The notes under the pieces are model-generated. The model saw only the letters and a list, made by a program, of their open reading frames with translations, was not told the origin of the DNA and searched no databases. Position numbers and translations under genes: made by a program. A stretch of 51,137 nucleotides of DNA from Candidatus Liptonbacteria bacterium (lineage in GTDB: Bacteria; Patescibacteriota; Minisyncoccia; UBA6257; 2-01-FULL-56-20): NCBI GenBank assembly GCA_016204335.1, contig JACQKU010000004.1:1-51137 (forward strand), in the 5' to 3' direction. Every line of letters starts with the position of its first letter. Positions within the stretch are counted from its first letter, which is position 1. Below, piece after piece: positions 7,826 to 17,444 of the stretch.

Positions 7826-10378
7826 CTATTCTTCAACCGGAGTAAATTGAAATGCTCCGCCTTGAAACAAAACTCTTACTCTGTCGCCGCGGCTGATTTC
7901 CTTTGAAAGCAATTTCCCCGCGAGCGGAGCGCGAAGATGTTCCTCTATGGCGCGGCGGAGCGGCCGCGCGCCGAACGCGGGCTCGTAGCCGATTCTTGCG
8001 ATTTCCCGCACCGCTGACGGGTCGAATTCAAGCTCAATTCCCTGTTCGCCCAGAAGATTGGCAAAATCATTCAAATTAAGTCCGGCGATTTTTCCGACAT
8101 CCGCCGGTGAAAGGTCTTTGAAAACGACAATTTTCGAAAAACGATTGAGGAGCTCCGGCTTAAACACGTCAACGAGCTTCTTTTTGAGATACTCGGCGAT
8201 ATCGGTCATCTTCTCGCCTTTCGAAAGCGCTTCGTTAATAATGTCCGAATGAGCGTTCGATGTCGCGATAATAATAGTATTTTGAAAATCAACCGTGCGG
8301 CTCAAGTTGTCGGTCAAACGGCCGTCGTCAAATACCTGCAAGAAAAGATTGAGGATGTCCGGAAACGCTTTTTCGAATTCGTCGAGAAGAATCAAACTGT
8401 ATGGCCTATTGAGCACTGCCTCGGTCAGAGCCCCGCTTATCCTGCCGTCCGGGGAGCCGATGAACCGGTAAAAACTTTCTTTGTCCTGATACTCGGTCAT
8501 ATCAAATCGGACCATCATACTCTCCGAGCCGAACTGAAACCGGGCAAGAATTTTCGCGAGTTCGGTTTTGCCGACGCCCGTCGGCCCCACGAAGAGAAAC
8601 GAGGCAATCGGGCCGCCTTTCCGCGCAAGACCGCTTCGATACTCGCGGAGCGCCGTGCTCACCGCCTTTACCGCCTCTTCCTGATTAATGAAGTGTTGAT
8701 GGATGATATCTTCCAAATGGAGCAATGTCTCGGCTTCGCTTCCGCTTGCTTCGTGAATCGGCACGTTCACTTTTTCTTCGGCCGCCGCAATCACTTCATC
8801 CGGCACCAAATGGCGTTTTTGCCTGCGCTCGGCCATAACCAGCGCGTCTTTCAAAAGTTCATCGGCGCTCGATGGCAGACGTTTCCCTGAAAAATATTTT
8901 TTAGCGAGCGCGACAGCGGTTTTTATCGCGGCAAAACCGATTGTGATTCCGGTTTTTTTCTCGAAAAGAATGCTCTCGTAGACAAGAATTTTTTGGGCGT
9001 CAACCTCGCTTATTTCGTCAACCCTGATAATTTCAAATATTCCGACAATATCGCTTCTCGGCTCCATAAATTCTTTGAATTCTCTCGGGTATGTCGCGCC
9101 GACAACGGGAAAAATATTATTTTTTATCACCGGCATCAAAGCGTCGGCGGCAGATAGGTAATGATTGCCCGATGTCTTCACAAGATTATGAATGTCAGGA
9201 ATATACAAAATGATGTTGCCTGCCGTAAAAATTTCTTCGACGATGCGTTTCAGCCGGGCTTGCAACTCTTCCGGCGAAGCGCCGGCGACCAAACTTGCTA
9301 TTTCAAGACCGACAAGCCGTTTGTCGAAAATCGCCGGCGGCACTTCGTCCTTTATGATGCTGCGCGCAAGATGGGCGATGATGGTTTCTTTGCCGATTCC
9401 TTCTTCGCCGACGAGGAGAGCGTTAGGGTCGAGAGGCCGTGAAAGCGTATCGACAAGGCGGCGATACTCTTTCTCGTGCCCGATTAGAAACCCAGCCTCT
9501 CCCCCACGGGCGAGGTCGGTAAAATCGACGCTGAATTTATCGAGCAAAGGCGTGGCTCTGCTTGTCCAGGCGCGGTTCATAATTCTGTGCCTGATGCGGC
9601 GGTTTGATTCAAACGAGAAGCCGCCGAGCGCCGGCGGAAGGCGAAACCTGAATGATTTCCCGAAAGAACTTAAAATAAGCGCCAGTTCGAGGTCGCCCGC
9701 GTCAATCGAAAACACGTTAAAAAGCCGGTTAACAAATTCATCGTTCGCCGAAAAAAGTCCCGGGAAAAAATCCGCCGGCTTGATAAATTTTCGGTTATTT
9801 GCGATGCTCCGCTCGGCTACCCGCGACACAAACGCTTCCGCTTTTTGAAGAAGAAGAATTTTTTTATCGACAGAAGTTTTGTTATCCCGGCTGGTTTCAA
9901 GAAAATCCTCTGTCTTCTGTTTGAATTCCTCGGGCTTGATGTCGAGTCGGCGCAAACTATCCTGAATTTCGCGTAAATCAAGCAACTCACGGATTATTTC
10001 GAGAAAAAAATTCCTTTTGGTAATACTGCTTTTATCAAACGCTTTTTCAAGAACCGAGTAGGCGCCCGGCGAAATATATTCCGAAAGATTTACGCGCCCA
10101 TCATGAGGCATTTCAGAAAACGGTCTGTCTCCCTCCCGCCAGTGAATCGCCCTGTCTCCGAGAAAAAGAAAGAGTAAAATACCGAGAGCGCGCAGCCACT
10201 CGATATCCGAAAGAATAAACGTGAACGCGCCCGCAATAACGACCAGGTAGCCGATGTAGCCCGATATTCTTACGAACAAACGCCCGGCGATGGTCATTTT
10301 GAACCGCGGCTCGTCAAAATAGAATCGATTGCCCGAAGGCACTATCAAAGATTCGTTTTTATTTTGCTCTAATGACAT
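7826..10378 (-). CDS. ClpA/ClpB-like double AAA+ ATPase with N-terminal TM helices
   Basis: NBD1 GEEGIGKE (degenerate), NBD2 GPTGVGKT and LLDEFEK, GARPLRR; hydrophobic N-terminal segments; start set at MSLEQ. Confidence 0.88.
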   Translation of the reverse strand: MSLEQNKNESLIVPSGNRFYFDEPRFKMTIAGRLFVRISGYIGYLVVIAGAFTFILSDIEWLRALGILLFLFLGDRAIHWREGDRPFSEMPHDGRVNLSEYISPGAYSVLEKAFDKSSITKRNFFLEIIRELLDLREIQDSLRRLDIKPEEFKQKTEDFLETSRDNKTSVDKKILLLQKAEAFVSRVAERSIANNRKFIKPADFFPGLFSANDEFVNRLFNVFSIDAGDLELALILSSFGKSFRFRLPPALGGFSFESNRRIRHRIMNRAWTSRATPLLDKFSVDFTDLARGGEAGFLIGHEKEYRRLVDTLSRPLDPNALLVGEEGIGKETIIAHLARSIIKDEVPPAIFDKRLVGLEIASLVAGASPEELQARLKRIVEEIFTAGNIILYIPDIHNLVKTSGNHYLSAADALMPVIKNNIFPVVGATYPREFKEFMEPRSDIVGIFEIIRVDEISEVDAQKILVYESILFEKKTGITIGFAAIKTAVALAKKYFSGKRLPSSADELLKDALVMAERRQKRHLVPDEVIAAAEEKVNVPIHEASGSEAETLLHLEDIIHQHFINQEEAVKAVSTALREYRSGLARKGGPIASFLFVGPTGVGKTELAKILARFQFGSESMMVRFDMTEYQDKESFYRFIGSPDGRISGALTEAVLNRPYSLILLDEFEKAFPDILNLFLQVFDDGRLTDNLSRTVDFQNTIIIATSNAHSDIINEALSKGEKMTDIAEYLKKKLVDVFKPELLNRFSKIVVFKDLSPADVGKIAGLNLNDFANLLGEQGIELEFDPSAVREIARIGYEPAFGARPLRRAIEEHLRAPLAGKLLSKEISRGDRVRVLFQGGAFQFTPVEE

Positions 10379-10706
10379 ACAAAATAAGGATGGCTGGGAC
10401 CAAAAGCCACAAAAAATAGACAACAAGAAAAATAGCCGAGAAAAAAAGGTACACCGCGGAGCCGATGAGAATTCTTGCGCTCCGGAAGAACACGCCGAGA
10501 ACCCTGCCCATAATCGTGTAGTCGCCGTACAACGGCCGGAAAAAATAACGGACTGTTATTTTGACGGCGAAGTACCGGTCGAGCCGCTCCAAAAAAGAAA
10601 TAAAATGATGGAAAAAAACCCTGGAGCCGTCAACGTACCAATGATGGAAAAAATCAAACAGCCGGTAGAAAAACCGATTCGCGAGGTAAATCAGGGAAAA
10701 GTTCAT
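10359..10706 (-). CDS. Small membrane protein overlapping the Clp-like ATPase start
   Basis: Hydrophobic C-terminal half; FFRPLYGDYTIMGRVLG; TATAAT 8 nt upstream of ATG. Confidence 0.75.
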   Translation of the reverse strand: MNFSLIYLANRFFYRLFDFFHHWYVDGSRVFFHHFISFLERLDRYFAVKITVRYFFRPLYGDYTIMGRVLGVFFRSARILIGSAVYLFFSAIFLVVYFLWLLVPAILILYVIRAK

Positions 10707-10728
10707 ATAACCCCATTATATCTTAAAA

Positions 10729-11388
10729 TTAAAACAACTTCTTCTGTGTGGGCGCTTCTGCTTTGGCAACACGCGTACCGCCCGCGTCGCTGGCGGGAAG
10801 TTCTCGCAAAAGCGATTCGGCCCCGCGGACGATTTCCGGCAGTTCTTTGAAACTTTTTTTCAGCGCTTCGAGCATCGTGGTCGAGCGGAGCGCGGCCGCG
10901 GGATGGAAAAACGGCACAACGAGAAAATCTTTGAAACGGAATATTTTCCCCTGGTCGCGGCTGATTTTCGCTTCGGGCAGAAAATGGTTCATTGAAAACC
11001 TGCCGAGCGTCGCCGCGACTTTCGGTTTCATTATCGCGATTTGCCTTTCAAGATACGGCTGGTACGCGCCGATTTCATCGGGGAGCGGGTCGCGGTTTTC
11101 CGGCGGCCTGCGTTTCACGATATTCGTGATATAGATATCCTCTCTTTTCCAGCCGATTTCATTGATAAGTTTATCGAGGAGTTTTCCCGACAAACCCACA
11201 AACGGCCGTTTCAGCCGGTCTTCGTGAAATCCAGGCGCTTCACCGATGAAAATGACGGCGCTTTCGGGATTCCCTTCGCCGAATACAAGGTTAGAGTCGC
11301 GGAGCGGCAGGGAAACGTCCGCGGCCATTTCTTGTTCGAGCTCCTCGAGTTGTTTCTGCTTTGACGGTCGGTCGACGGAGGATTCCAT
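10729..11388 (-). CDS. Uracil-DNA glycosylase family 4
   Basis: GEAPG, PFVG, NIVKRRPPENRDP, HPAAALR; the Fe-S cysteines are absent. Confidence 0.92.
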   Translation of the reverse strand: MESSVDRPSKQKQLEELEQEMAADVSLPLRDSNLVFGEGNPESAVIFIGEAPGFHEDRLKRPFVGLSGKLLDKLINEIGWKREDIYITNIVKRRPPENRDPLPDEIGAYQPYLERQIAIMKPKVAATLGRFSMNHFLPEAKISRDQGKIFRFKDFLVVPFFHPAAALRSTTMLEALKKSFKELPEIVRGAESLLRELPASDAGGTRVAKAEAPTQKKLF

Positions 11389-11447
11389 TCCTCAATTATA
11401 CTAAACTTAGACAATAATGTCGGCACTCTTTTGTGGCCATTGTTGCT

Positions 11448-11456
11448 TGTGGATAA
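11448..11456. promoter_or_regulatory. Consensus DnaA box (TGTGGATAA) between the UDG gene and the lexA fusion
   Basis: Exact reverse complement of TTATCCACA. Confidence 0.45.
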
Positions 11457-11527
11457 CTCGATTTTGATTTTCTACTTTTGTTCTATTATAATCAGTGCAT
11501 AAGAAATAAGCCGATTCTAAATCTATA

Positions 11528-12940
11528 ATGCTCACAAAACGCCAAAAAGAAGTTCTCAATTTCGTCGAAAGCTACTCGCAAAAGAAAGGATACGCTCCCT
11601 CGTTTGAGGAGATAAGAAAACGTCTCAAACTCGCCTCTGTTTCAACTGTTCATTTTCATATTTCGAAACTCAAAGAAGGCGGCTATTTGGGAAAAATAGA
11701 AAATAGAGCCCGCGCCATCAGCATTACTTCCAAAGAACCGATGGTAAAGATTCCCCTTTTGGGAACAATAGCCGCAGGACAGCCGATTGAAGCAATCCAA
11801 CAAAAAGAAATGATCGCCATTCCGAAAAGTAAAATCCCAGCTTCATCGGAAGTTTATGCTCTTCGCGTGGTCGGCAGCAGTATGATTGATGAAAATATCA
11901 ACGACGGCGATATTGTTCTAGTAAGGCAACAAGAAACTGCGGAGAATGGGCAAAAAGTCGTTGCTTTGATTGATAATCACGAAGCAACGCTCAAAAAATA
12001 TTATCGCGAGCGTGGATATGTTCGCCTGCAACCGGCAAACAAAAGTATGGAACCTATTATTTTGCGAAATGGTCGGGATTTTTCGATTCAAGGGATAGTG
12101 CTGGATGTTATTCGGGAAGAAGGAGCTTCAACAATTCAACTCCCTGAATACAAAGAAATAGAACAGCATAGAGAATTGCCGCTAAACGAAATTATTTGCG
12201 GTGATGCGATAGATGTAATGAAAACATTCCCACCAAATTCTATAGATCTTGTGGTAACTTCGCCGCCTTATGATGAATTAAGAAATTATAAAGGCTACAA
12301 CTTTGACTTCGAGGGTATTGCTAAGGGTTTATTTAGGGTGATCAAAAAGGGAGGTGTCTTGGTTTGGGTCGTTGGAGATAAAATTAAGAAAGGGAATAAA
12401 AGCCTCACAAGTTTCAAACAAACACTATTTTTTCAGGAAATTGGATTCAACGTTCATGACGTTATGATTTATAAGAAAAAAAATACACCTTTTATGAGGA
12501 CAAATAGTTATACAAACTGTTTTGAATTCATGTTTGTTTTCAGTAAAGGTTCGCCAAAAACATTTAACCCATTAAAAACTAAAACCGCAAGACAAGGGCA
12601 AGAAATGTTACCTTTCAACAAAGGACCAGATGGCATAAATAAAAAAAATTTAGGTGAACTTAAGCCCGAAAAAACAATGACAAATATTTGGGAATATGCC
12701 GTAGGTCTTTATGGAACAACAAGTGACAAGATTGCTTTTGAGCATCCTGCAGTTTTCCCGGAAAAATTAGCCGAAGACCATATTCTCTCGTGGACCAATC
12801 AAGGCGATGTTGTTTTTGACCCGATGTGTGGCTCTGGGACTACTTGCAAAATGGCACTGATGAACCATCGTTCTTATATTGGTTGTGATATATCTAAAGA
12901 GTACGTTGAACTAACCAAAAAGAGATTAAAAAATATTTAA
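11528..12940 (+). CDS. lexA: LexA repressor fused to a beta-class amino (N4C/N6A) DNA methyltransferase
   Basis: LTKRQ wHTH, Ala-Gly cleavage site IAAGQP, catalytic Ser (GSSM) and Lys (TLKK); MTase SPPY followed by DPMCGSGTT. Confidence 0.92.
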   Translation: MLTKRQKEVLNFVESYSQKKGYAPSFEEIRKRLKLASVSTVHFHISKLKEGGYLGKIENRARAISITSKEPMVKIPLLGTIAAGQPIEAIQQKEMIAIPKSKIPASSEVYALRVVGSSMIDENINDGDIVLVRQQETAENGQKVVALIDNHEATLKKYYRERGYVRLQPANKSMEPIILRNGRDFSIQGIVLDVIREEGASTIQLPEYKEIEQHRELPLNEIICGDAIDVMKTFPPNSIDLVVTSPPYDELRNYKGYNFDFEGIAKGLFRVIKKGGVLVWVVGDKIKKGNKSLTSFKQTLFFQEIGFNVHDVMIYKKKNTPFMRTNSYTNCFEFMFVFSKGSPKTFNPLKTKTARQGQEMLPFNKGPDGINKKNLGELKPEKTMTNIWEYAVGLYGTTSDKIAFEHPAVFPEKLAEDHILSWTNQGDVVFDPMCGSGTTCKMALMNHRSYIGCDISKEYVELTKKRLKNI

Positions 12941-12948
12941 TCGTTCTG

Positions 12949-13521
12949 TTAAATAAATTTAATAGCTCTTTTTAGAATCTTTTTATCATCCTTAAATCTA
13001 CCTATTCCGGTATTACAACTATCACATACCCAACCCCTTACTTTTCCCGAATGATGATTGTGTTCAAGGACTACTTTACTAGTAATACCAGCAATAGTCC
13101 TTTTTGAACAAATAGGACACTCGAATGGTTCGTTCACTGGCTTGCTCTTCAACCATTTTTTCTTTTCTGCGCTACTTATATTAACTCCCTCAAGCTGTTT
13201 TCTACACTTTTGACATGATGGCCTTCGAACCGACCTATTATTTTTTGCGTTCTGATTTTTTGCAAACTCAACAGTACTTCTGAGTTTATGACAAATGTTA
13301 CAAATCTTTTTGGAGAAACCATCTCCAGTCTTTTTGACATCAAAAATTTTGAAATCATTTTTCTTTAAAGTAGCTTTTCGCCAAATTCTTATAAAAAAGA
13401 TAGAAGCACTTTCTTTTGATTCAGATTCAACAATGCCAACATCGTCTTTTTCAATCAAGATTTTGCCTGAAAGTTTTATATTCTTCTTAGCAAAGACGAA
13501 TTTATTAGTATACTGGTTCAT
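12949..13521 (-). CDS. Hpy99I-like beta-beta-alpha-Me (HNH) type II restriction endonuclease
   Basis: 190 aa; CNIC, CQKC, CPIC and EHNHHSGKVRGWVCDSCN zinc/HNH motifs; convergent with the MTase. Confidence 0.8.
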   Translation of the reverse strand: MNQYTNKFVFAKKNIKLSGKILIEKDDVGIVESESKESASIFFIRIWRKATLKKNDFKIFDVKKTGDGFSKKICNICHKLRSTVEFAKNQNAKNNRSVRRPSCQKCRKQLEGVNISSAEKKKWLKSKPVNEPFECPICSKRTIAGITSKVVLEHNHHSGKVRGWVCDSCNTGIGRFKDDKKILKRAIKFI

Positions 13522-13720
13522 AGTTATTTCAAGAAAAAGTTGGTTTTGGTGTCTTCTGCGGAAGTCCCTATGTTCGCTAAAAGTTATGAGCGGACAGACT
13601 CAGTTCCCTTAGAATCCAGACTATTTCCAGTATTCTGCATCAACTAAGAAAAGTCAACGCGCCCCGCCATTGGCGGGACATAAGATTTTGTAACGCGCTT
13701 TGCACTAACAAAATCTAATG

Positions 13721-13792
13721 TGCCCTCGGGCCGATTCGAACGGCCATCGCCTCCTTCGGAGGGAGATATTCTATCCATTGAACTACGAGGGC
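13721..13792 (-). tRNA. tRNA-Arg(CCG)
   Basis: GCCCTCG acceptor stem, anticodon loop CT-CCG-AA, GTTCGAAT T-loop; CCA not encoded. Confidence 0.93.
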
Positions 13793-13803
13793 GTGGAACA
13801 ACC

Positions 13804-14907
13804 CTATCGTACTACAAAGTAATAAAATTCGTAAACGGCGGCGAGGAGGAAGACGGCTACGAGAATATTCAATAAAAATTTTTTGACCGGGCTCGGTCCA
13901 AGAATTTTCTTGCTGACTAAAGCGATAAACACGTACTGCAACGCGAGAAATATGCCTCCCGCCAAGCCGATCGCGCCCAAAAAACTGAAAAATCCGGAGA
14001 AAACGAGTATGAGCGGGAGGAAAAGCACGACGCCGAAACTCCAAGATGCCGGCACGCGCAAGTCGCTTTCAAGTGAATTTTTCAGCTCCCGCGCGATTGG
14101 CACGTAAGAAGTCCAAATCGCAAAAAGTCCGAGCCAGCCGAGCAACTGAAGTTTCCACGCGGGCCAATCGCCCAATCCGGAAATCGTATCAGGCGCCATT
14201 GCGTTCGTCGAACCGAAAATTCCGAGAATAAAAAGAATATACGCGAATGCCGAGATAAACGTTCCGAGAGCGAGCGCGGAAAAAGGCTTCCACAAACCGC
14301 CCTTGTTGCGCAATTCGAACATCGGCTCAATCGCGGTCCATCCGGTCAGCGAGAAAAGAATCGCGCCGAACGGCAGGAAAAGATTTTCCAAATGAACCGT
14401 TGCGAGTCCGGAGACCCTCCTCAAATCGCTTGTAAAAAACACTAAAAAGACGATTCCGGCCATCAGAATCGCGCCAAGCGACTCCGCTATCGCGAACCGC
14501 CGGATTCTCAAAAAAAGAGGCAAAGACGCGAGCGCCCAGAAACCGAAAATACCGGAAGCGCCTGCCGCTGAAAGTATAGGCTTCAAGAACTGTCCCGCAA
14601 GAATAAGGTAAATCACAAGCACAAGCGTCAGACCGCCCAAAATAGAAAGAATCGCGGGATAGAACGCCAACGCGCCGAGATGCGCTTTAACGAGACCGAG
14701 CAAACGCTGTTTCTCATTAACCCGTTCGAGCGCGAGCCAGTAAAGATAATGCGCGAATGTGACCATCCCGCCCAGCGCGAGCAAATAAAAAATGCCGGCG
14801 AGCCAGCCGGATTTCCCGAAAAGATACGGAAGCGAAAACATCCCCGCACCGATTGTCGTGGCAACGAGAATCCCGGTCGCGCCCAAAAATGATTTCCAGT
14901 CCCTCAT
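13804..14907 (-). CDS. Amino acid permease (HAAAP/TyrP-Mtr-like)
   Basis: TTIGAGMFSLP motif, about 11 TM segments. Confidence 0.82.
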   Translation of the reverse strand: MRDWKSFLGATGILVATTIGAGMFSLPYLFGKSGWLAGIFYLLALGGMVTFAHYLYWLALERVNEKQRLLGLVKAHLGALAFYPAILSILGGLTLVLVIYLILAGQFLKPILSAAGASGIFGFWALASLPLFLRIRRFAIAESLGAILMAGIVFLVFFTSDLRRVSGLATVHLENLFLPFGAILFSLTGWTAIEPMFELRNKGGLWKPFSALALGTFISAFAYILFILGIFGSTNAMAPDTISGLGDWPAWKLQLLGWLGLFAIWTSYVPIARELKNSLESDLRVPASWSFGVVLFLPLILVFSGFFSFLGAIGLAGGIFLALQYVFIALVSKKILGPSPVKKFLLNILVAVFLLAAVYEFYYFVVR

Positions 14908-14916
14908 TGCGAAATG

Positions 14917-15243
14917 CTACTTCGCCGCGAAAACCTCGTCCCCTTCGCGAACTTTTTTCCCTACCTTGATGCCGACTTGTTTGCCTTTCGGCGCGGTTTC
15001 AACCGGCTTGTGGTCGAACTGCATCGATTGTATCGCCTCCTCGAAATCAGTGGTGGCTCCTTTGAAACGAACCTTGGTTCCCTTTTTTACGGGCTTGTTG
15101 AACTTCACGATTGCAACAGAAAGGTCGCCGTAAAAATGCGTGACTGCGCCGATGGGTTTTTCCGCTTTTTTCGGCTTTGTTTTTTGAACGGGTTTCGCTT
15201 TCGCCCGCTTTTTCGGTTTCGGCTTCTGAACTTTCTTCTTCAT
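14917..15243 (-). CDS. Small translation-factor-like beta-barrel protein with Lys-rich N-terminus
   Basis: IGAVTHFY, SMQFDH, VGIKVGKKVREGDEVF. Confidence 0.7.
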   Translation of the reverse strand: MKKKVQKPKPKKRAKAKPVQKTKPKKAEKPIGAVTHFYGDLSVAIVKFNKPVKKGTKVRFKGATTDFEEAIQSMQFDHKPVETAPKGKQVGIKVGKKVREGDEVFAAK

Positions 15244-16013
15244 TTTGTTTTTGGGTCGTAATGCGCTTTGTCGTAAAACTCCTCTCGAATCGGAGCTTTT
15301 TTGATAATCCGAAGCGCTTCCTCCGCGGAATCGACCATGGTATAAATCCGCGTATCCGCCTGGTCAACGGCCTTATACTTTCTGCAGACCTCCGCGTCAA
15401 TCCATTCCGTCAATGGCTTCCAATATTCACTGCCAAAAAGGATGACGGGGATGCTTGAAATTTCCTTGGTCTGTATCAGCGTAATGATTTCGAAAAATTC
15501 GTCGAGCGTTCCGAATCCGCCGGGAAAATAAACATACGCCTCCGCCGCGTAGGTAAGCATCACTTTCCGCGTGAAAAAATAATGGAACGCGCGCGACCGT
15601 TTGACGTACGGATTGATGCGCTGCTCTTCCGGCAGTTCGATGTTAATCCCCACCGAATCGCCTTTTCCCTCGAACACGCCCCGATTCGCAGCTTCCATTA
15701 CGCCCGGACCGCCTCCGGTGACCACGGCAATGCCTTCGCCCGCCAAAAGCCTTCCGAGCTTCCGCGCTTCTTTGTACCACTTATTGCTTTCGGGCGAGCG
15801 CGTGGAACCGAAAATCGTCACGCACTTGGGAAAGTCGGCGATGAACTCGAATCCTTCCACAAACTCTCCCATAATGCGGAACACGCGCCACGGCATCGAG
15901 GAACGGAAATCGCGATAGTCCTTATGCGGGGGAAGCTTTGCAGCCGGAAGATTCCAAGAACCCTTGTTTTCGGGGAACGTTTCGGAAAATTTTCCGGAGC
16001 TGTTTTTTTTCAT
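15240..16013 (-). CDS. LOG family (TIGR00730-type) nucleotide phosphoribohydrolase
   Basis: TGGGPGVMEAANRG, PGGFGTLDE; start reassigned to MKKNS at 16013. Confidence 0.9.
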   Translation of the reverse strand: MKKNSSGKFSETFPENKGSWNLPAAKLPPHKDYRDFRSSMPWRVFRIMGEFVEGFEFIADFPKCVTIFGSTRSPESNKWYKEARKLGRLLAGEGIAVVTGGGPGVMEAANRGVFEGKGDSVGINIELPEEQRINPYVKRSRAFHYFFTRKVMLTYAAEAYVYFPGGFGTLDEFFEIITLIQTKEISSIPVILFGSEYWKPLTEWIDAEVCRKYKAVDQADTRIYTMVDSAEEALRIIKKAPIREEFYDKAHYDPKTK

Positions 16014-16042
16014 GAACTGAATGCTTTCATATCCTGCTTTGA

Positions 16043-17419
16043 TTATAGCACAACGCTTTCGCCCGCTTCCGGAACGACCGCGTCCAGACGCATGGTTTCC
16101 GTTATTCTCTGCCGCAGAGCTTCGCTGGCATCCGGCTCGCCCTGAACAACAAAGACCTTTTTGAGCGATGACTGCATTGGCGCGAGCCATTCGAGAAGTT
16201 GCGCCTGGTCCGCGTGCGCCGAATACGCGCTTATTTCCCCGACCCGGCACCTGACCGAAACATCTTCCCCGAAAATTCGTACGTTTTTCGCTCCGCTGCG
16301 GATTCTCTCGCCGAGAGACCCGCGGGCTTGATACCCGACAAAAAGAATCATATTTTTTGAATCGGATAAATAACGGGATTCATGGTGCAAAATCCTTCCA
16401 CCGTGGGACATTCCCGAACCGGCGAGAATGATTTTGGGCGCCGGCACATTATTTATCTCTTTCGACTGTTCCGTCGTCAGAGCGAGACGCAACCCGGGAA
16501 AATTCAAAATATCTTCGCCGGCATGCTTCGTCTTCAAAACCTCCTGGTTAAAATAGCCCTTATGCTTCTTATAGACCGCCGTCACTTTAATCGCGAGCGG
16601 ACTGTCGATGAACACCGGCACTCTCGGTATCCTGCCCTCTTCAAAAAGCTGGTGCAGATGATAAAGAAGGTCCTGCGTGCGTTCCATCGCGAACGCTGGA
16701 ATCATCAGCACTCCTCCGGCTTTTACCGTGTCTTCAATCGCGTCCTCAAGCATTTCCCTTCGCTTGCTCACCGTTTCATGAAAACGGTTTCCGTATGTCG
16801 ATTCGATAAGGCAGTAATCGGCGGATTCGATTTTCTCGGTCGGCCGGATAATGGGCGCCGGCGAGTTGCCGAGGTCTCCGGAAAAAACAATTGTTTTATT
16901 CTCCGCTTCTATTTTTATGAACGCCGAACCGAGGATGTGCCCCGCGTCGAAAAATTCAATTTTGAAAGCGCCGAACTCAAACGGCCGGCGGTATTCGATT
17001 CCTTTCCAGCGGCTCATCAGTTTACTCACATCATCATCGCTGTAAAGCGGCGGCTTTCCTTCCCGCGCCGCTTCTTTGTTCAGAATATTTTCCGAATCAA
17101 GAAGCATCAGTTCGGCAAAGTCCCTGGTTGCCGGTGTCGAATACACTTCTCTGTGGAATCCGTCTTTCACAAGCTTTGGTAGGCGGCCGATGTGGTCGAT
17201 GTGCGCGTGCGTGATGAACACGGCGCCTATCTCCGAAGGGTTATAGCAAAAAGAGTCGAAGTTCTGTTTTTCGGCAAAATATCCGCCCTGCTGAAGGCCG
17301 CAATCCACCAAGATCGCGGATTTACGCGGATTAGACGCAGATGAACGCGGATTTTCCAATTCCAAAAGATAGTTCGCGCCAGTAACCGATTTCGCTCCGC
17401 CGCAAAAGGTAAGTTTCAT
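16043..17419 (-). CDS. MBL-fold beta-CASP ribonuclease
   Basis: THAHIDHIG, AGHILGS, SGDLG, ESTYG, SAHAD. Confidence 0.92.
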   Translation of the reverse strand: MKLTFCGGAKSVTGANYLLELENPRSSASNPRKSAILVDCGLQQGGYFAEKQNFDSFCYNPSEIGAVFITHAHIDHIGRLPKLVKDGFHREVYSTPATRDFAELMLLDSENILNKEAAREGKPPLYSDDDVSKLMSRWKGIEYRRPFEFGAFKIEFFDAGHILGSAFIKIEAENKTIVFSGDLGNSPAPIIRPTEKIESADYCLIESTYGNRFHETVSKRREMLEDAIEDTVKAGGVLMIPAFAMERTQDLLYHLHQLFEEGRIPRVPVFIDSPLAIKVTAVYKKHKGYFNQEVLKTKHAGEDILNFPGLRLALTTEQSKEINNVPAPKIILAGSGMSHGGRILHHESRYLSDSKNMILFVGYQARGSLGERIRSGAKNVRIFGEDVSVRCRVGEISAYSAHADQAQLLEWLAPMQSSLKKVFVVQGEPDASEALRQRITETMRLDAVVPEAGESVVL

Positions 17420-17444
17420 AATGGTAATAGTATAACCCCAAAAA

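Noticed and set aside
11472-11484. SOS box upstream of the lexA fusion (CTAC-N4-GTTC)
   Set aside because: Only a half match to GAAC-N4-GTTC, and I found no convincing copies before uvrB or ruvA
16382-17182. Long antisense ORFs (also 8249-8890, 40192-40920, 42662-43282, 46681-47361)
   Set aside because: Shadow frames of well-supported genes with no recognisable motifs
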